DNA from: Candidatus Binatia bacterium
GTDB taxonomy: Bacteria > Desulfobacterota > Binatia > HRBIN30
DNA: 10,659 bases
Assembly (NCBI GenBank): GCA_038245295.1
Contig: JBBRSP010000063.1
Coordinates: forward strand, 1-10,659
Reading direction: 5' to 3'
Shown one piece after another: positions 7,003-10,659 of this stretch. Position numbers and translations under genes: made by a program. The notes below the pieces were generated by a model that did no database searches, was not told where the DNA came from, and worked only from the letters and a program-made list of their open reading frames with translations. Within the stretch, counting starts at the first letter, position 1; every line of letters begins with the position of its first letter.

Positions 7003-7052
7003 AGGAGGCCGCTCATAGGTGGGAATGCAACGGAGGCGGCCGTCTCGAAGGG
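7003..7052 (-). repeat. REP-like unit A' (inverted copy of unit A)
   Basis: The minus strand reads CCCTTCGAGACGGCCGC-loop-GCGGCCTCCT. CCGTCTCGAAG (7040-7050) is the exact reverse complement of CTTCGAGACGG (6652-6662). Confidence 0.7.
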
Positions 7053-7109
7053 CGCCCCGCATGCCGAAGCCCCTTGACTCCACCGCCGCGGCACCAGAGA
7101 AACCGACCT

Positions 7110-10100
7110 ATGCAGCGACACCCGGAGTACACCCGTGAACGTCTGCGGCTGCTCAGCGAGCGGCTGCAACGTTCCATCTATCGCGATCACGAACGCATCT
7201 TTGCCCTGGAGATGAGTGGCCCGGTCGGGCGCATTCCCTACGCGGCGGCGACCAAGCTCGAGTATCGCGACGTGTCGCTCGGTGAGCAGCTCGGGCCGCT
7301 GTGGTCGACGTTCTGGTTCCGCGGACGCATCGAGGTGCCGGCCGATTGGCGCCGCGATCGTGTCGACCTGTTGTGGATCTCCCACTCCGAGGCAACTCTG
7401 TGGCTCGACGGCAAGGCCGTCCAGGGACTCAACCACGATCCTGGCGGCTGGGACCGCAGCACGCGGCCGGACGCGATCCTGCTCGACAAGGCGCGCGGCG
7501 GTGAAACGATCGATTTCATGATCGAAATGGCCTGCAACCGACCTTTCGGAATGCCGATCAATAGCCTGTTCAACAACGTCAGCCCGTTCGTGCTCGACCG
7601 CTGTGACATCGCGCGTTTCGATCGTGAGGCGTGGGACCTGTACCACGACTTCCGCGTCCTGCAGCAATTGGAAGCCGAGCTGGCCAAAGAGGCGGGAACG
7701 TCGGATCGGACCTGGGCCGGTCAGCTTCTGGCCGAGCTCAATCGATTCGCCAACACCTACGAGGACGATCGCCGAACGTGGGCGAAGGCGCGCCGCATTC
7801 TTAAGCCGCTGTATGCCACAAAGAATCCCTCCAGCACGCATCAGCTCTCGGCCATCGGGCACGCGCATCTCGATACGGCCTGGTTGTGGCCGCTGGCCGA
7901 AACACATCGCAAGTGTGTGCGCACGTTCAGCAGTGCGACGACCTACATGCGCGACTACCCCGAGTATCGCTTCGCCTGCTCGCAGGCCTACCAATACGAT
8001 GTCGTCAAACGCGAGCATCCGGATCTGTATCGCCGCATGCAGCGTATGGCTCGGCGCGGGCAGTTCGTGCCGGTCGGCGGCACCTGGGTGGAGCCGGATT
8101 GTAACCTGCCGTCGGGTGAATCGCTGGTGCGCCAATTCCTCCAGGGCCAGCGCTTCTTCGAGCGCGAGTTCGGCGCGCGCTGCCGCGAGTTCTGGAACCC
8201 TGATGTCTTTGGCTACAACGGCCAGCTGCCGCAGATCATGCGCGGCGCTGGCATTTCACGCTTCCTGACGCAGAAGCTGTCGTGGAATCGTTTCAACAAG
8301 CCGGCGCACCACACCTTTACCTGGGAAGGCCTCGATGGCAGCCAGGTGCTGGCCCATTTCCCACCCGCCGATACCTACAACGCCACGGTTTCCATTCCCG
8401 AGCTGCGCGCCAACGTGCGTGACTTCAAGGATCACGACCGCTCGCGCGAAAGCCTCATGCTGTTCGGCCACGGCGACGGCGGCGGCGGACCGACCAAGGC
8501 GATGCTGGAGACGCTGAGACGCATCGCCGATCTGCAGGGCTTGCCGCGCACCGCACCGCGCTCATCGAGCGAGTTCTTTGCGAGGCTCGAGAAGGACTGC
8601 GACGACCTGCCGACGATCATCGGCGAGCTCTACTTCGAGTATCATCGCGGCACCTACACGACGCAGGCGGCCACCAAACGCAGCAACCGTAAGTGCGAGT
8701 GGCTGCTGCACGATGTCGAATTCCTGGCGGCTTGGGCTGCGTTCGGTGCCGGCAAGCGGCGTGTGTATCCGCGTCAGCAGCTGGCCGCCCTGTGGAAGAG
8801 CCTGCTGCTGCACCAATTCCACGACATCATCCCCGGGTCTTCGATTTATGATGTCTACGCCGACGCCGCCGTGGCGTACGCACTAATCGAGGCCGAGGGC
8901 ACGAAGCTGCGAGAGCAGGAGCTGGCAGCCCTGGGCGCCAACGACTCGGGCGATGGCAGTGACACCATCGTCATCAACACGCTCGCCTGGCCGCGACGGG
9001 AAGTGATCACCGCAGCCGACGGCAGCCTCGATTTCGCCGAAGCGCCGTCCTATGGCATCGGCGCTCCGGCCGCGGCGGCGGACGCGGTACGCGTGCGTCG
9101 CGGCCGCACAACGGTCCAACTCGAGAATCAACATTTGCGAGCCGTGCTCGGGGTCGATGGCCGTCTGCGTTCACTGGTTCACAAGGCAAGCGGCCGCGAA
9201 ACCATGGCCGCGACGGGCAATGTCTTCGAGTTGTACGAGGACCGTCCCAACCTGTTCGATGCTTGGGATGTCGACCCGTTCCACCTGGAGACCGGTAAGC
9301 CGTGTGTGCCCGGCAAACTGATCGGCGTGCGCCGTGACTCGCCGTTACGCGCCGAGGTCGAGTTCGTCCATTCGGTCGGCAAGGGCAGCCGCCTGACACA
9401 AGTCGTCCGGCTCGATGCCGAGTCGCCGTTTCTCGAGTTCCATACGCAGGGTAGTTGGTATGAATCGCATAGCTTCCTGAAGGTCGCGTTCCCGGTTCAG
9501 GTGCGGGCGATGAACGCGACCTATGAGATGCAGTTCGGAAATGCCGAACGGCCGACGCACTACAACACCAGCTTCGATCTGGCGCGTTACGAAGTGCCGG
9601 CGCACAAGTGGGCCGATCTCAGTGAGCACGGCTTTGGTGTCGCCTTGTTGTCCGAATCCAAATACGGCTTCAGCACCTTCGGCAACACCATGCGTATCAG
9701 CCTGCTGCGCGCCTCGAAGCTGCCCGACCCGGCGGCCGACATGGGAGAGCATCGGTTCTCCTACGCGGTCATGCCCCACGCGGGCGGCTGGCGTGATGCT
9801 GGCGTGGTGGCGGCAGCACATCGCTTCAACGTGCCGCTGCTGGTCGTCGCCGGCTCCGCGCCGGTACAATCGATGGCGAGTGTCGATGATCCCAACCTGG
9901 TGCTCGACACGATCAAACTGGCTGAGGACGACGATGCTCTCGTCCTACGCTTCTACGAGGCGCACGGGGCGCGTGGGAGGGCACGCGTACGCTTGGGGCT
10001 GCCGATCAAATCGGTGCGCTCCTGCAATCTTCTGGAGGACGAGGGCGAACCCGTGCGCGTCAAGGACGGGTCGTTCGATCTCGAATACGGGCCGTATCAG

Positions 10101-10124
10101 ATCCTCAGCGTCAAAGTTCGATAA
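7110..10124 (+). CDS. GH38 alpha-mannosidase, cytoplasmic class 2C/Ams1/MngB-like (1004 aa)
   Basis: Zn-binding GHAHLDTAWLW, PVGGTWVEPDCNLPSGESLVRQ, nucleophile motif FWNPDVFGY, FGHGDGGGGP, GELYFEYHRGTYT, HQFHDIIPGSSI. No signal peptide. ATG 7110 is preferred over TTG 7074. Confidence 0.95.
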   Translation: MQRHPEYTRERLRLLSERLQRSIYRDHERIFALEMSGPVGRIPYAAATKLEYRDVSLGEQLGPLWSTFWFRGRIEVPADWRRDRVDLLWISHSEATLWLDGKAVQGLNHDPGGWDRSTRPDAILLDKARGGETIDFMIEMACNRPFGMPINSLFNNVSPFVLDRCDIARFDREAWDLYHDFRVLQQLEAELAKEAGTSDRTWAGQLLAELNRFANTYEDDRRTWAKARRILKPLYATKNPSSTHQLSAIGHAHLDTAWLWPLAETHRKCVRTFSSATTYMRDYPEYRFACSQAYQYDVVKREHPDLYRRMQRMARRGQFVPVGGTWVEPDCNLPSGESLVRQFLQGQRFFEREFGARCREFWNPDVFGYNGQLPQIMRGAGISRFLTQKLSWNRFNKPAHHTFTWEGLDGSQVLAHFPPADTYNATVSIPELRANVRDFKDHDRSRESLMLFGHGDGGGGPTKAMLETLRRIADLQGLPRTAPRSSSEFFARLEKDCDDLPTIIGELYFEYHRGTYTTQAATKRSNRKCEWLLHDVEFLAAWAAFGAGKRRVYPRQQLAALWKSLLLHQFHDIIPGSSIYDVYADAAVAYALIEAEGTKLREQELAALGANDSGDGSDTIVINTLAWPRREVITAADGSLDFAEAPSYGIGAPAAAADAVRVRRGRTTVQLENQHLRAVLGVDGRLRSLVHKASGRETMAATGNVFELYEDRPNLFDAWDVDPFHLETGKPCVPGKLIGVRRDSPLRAEVEFVHSVGKGSRLTQVVRLDAESPFLEFHTQGSWYESHSFLKVAFPVQVRAMNATYEMQFGNAERPTHYNTSFDLARYEVPAHKWADLSEHGFGVALLSESKYGFSTFGNTMRISLLRASKLPDPAADMGEHRFSYAVMPHAGGWRDAGVVAAAHRFNVPLLVVAGSAPVQSMASVDDPNLVLDTIKLAEDDDALVLRFYEAHGARGRARVRLGLPIKSVRSCNLLEDEGEPVRVKDGSFDLEYGPYQILSVKVR

Positions 10125-10263
10125 CCGCTTCCGCCAAAGAACTGCGGCGCCGGCCTACTAACGTCGACGCGGACCTCGCAATGCTTCGGGAGTGTTTCAC
10201 ACGCTCCACGTCCAGAATTCGCTCTTGTCCAGGCAACCGCAGGTGCGCTAAGGCAGAGATCAA

Positions 10264-10659
10264 TTGACGGTAATTACTACGCTTAGACGGGCTAGCCGCC
10301 GTCCCTTCCGTCGGCTCGAGGCGCTCAGTCTGGCCGGCCTGTTGTCGGCTCTCTTCCAGATACTGCCCGGTTCGGCAAATGCCGGCCCGCTTGCGGGCAC
10401 CATCCAGATCTGCAAAGTCGCCGGCGCCGGGGTCACGGTCGGGACGAACTTCAGCTTCAGCGTGGCAGGGACACCGGTCACCGTTGCGGCGGGTGTGGCG
10501 CCCTTGGGCACGTGCGCGACGCCGGTGACGGTATCGGCGGGCTCCGTGGTGATCACGGAAACGGTACCGGCAGGCACGACGCTGACGGGAGTCACCACAC
10601 TGCCCAGTGCCGGATTGCTGATCAGCAGTAATCTTGCAGCGGGCACAGCCACCGTGACA
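10264..10659 (+). CDS. Secreted beta-rich surface protein with a SpaA/CnaB (prealbumin-like) domain; runs off the window's 3' end
   Basis: My translation from TTG 10264 (in-frame TAA at 10249-10251 upstream): MTVITTLRRASRRPFRRLEALSLAGLLSALFQILPGSANA|GPLAGTIQICKVAGAGVTVGTNFSFSVAGTPVTVAAGVAPLGTCATPVTVSAGSVVITETVPAGTTLTGV... It has a basic n-region, a hydrophobic core and an ANA cleavage site, and is open to the end of the window. Confidence 0.7.
   Translation, partial: MTVITTLRRASRRPFRRLEALSLAGLLSALFQILPGSANAGPLAGTIQICKVAGAGVTVGTNFSFSVAGTPVTVAAGVAPLGTCATPVTVSAGSVVITETVPAGTTLTGVTTLPSAGLLISSNLAAGTATVT

Noticed and set aside
2262..7052. CRISPR array, integron attC sites or IS ends as an explanation for the repeats
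   Set aside because: No regularly spaced direct repeats, cas genes, transposase or integrase, and no RYYYAAC/GTTRRRY boundaries recognised on the hairpins.
6636..7083. Small ORFs 6636-6863 (+) and 6886-7083 (-) in the spacer
   Set aside because: Composed largely of repeat sequence with no protein motif. The GTGA overlap at 6636 is not sufficient evidence.
7074..7102. TTGACT -35-like hexamer upstream of the mannosidase
   Set aside because: The hexamer at 17-nt spacing is GAGAAA, a poor -10 match.
3370..8135. Long minus-strand ORFs 3370-4479, 4852-6393 and 6990-8135
   Set aside because: Antisense shadows of well-supported genes, typical of high-GC codon bias, with no recognisable motifs.
10260..10652. 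130-aa minus-strand ORF
   Set aside because: Antisense shadow of the + strand secreted-protein frame, which has a clear signal peptide.

Overview
GC-rich bacterial chromosomal window with eight supported genes. On the - strand, an AmpG-family MFS permease is coupled by an ATGA overlap to a secreted protein carrying a catalytically degenerate NlpC/P60-like domain. On the + strand lie an MntA/HepT (MNT-HEPN, type VII) toxin-antitoxin pair, a wax ester synthase/DGAT followed by a FadD17/FadD1-like acyl-CoA synthetase, a cytoplasmic GH38 alpha-mannosidase, and the 5' end of a secreted SpaA/CnaB-like protein that the ORF track misses. The most unusual observations are: (i) the TA pair is bracketed by two diverged, inverted (GCCCNN)n hairpin elements, like a cassette; (ii) the 470-bp spacer before the mannosidase is a nested set of REP-like inverted repeats with compensatory stem changes; (iii) the NlpC/P60 pseudo-peptidase is linked to AmpG. 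All family assignments come from motif recognition by eye; no searches were run.
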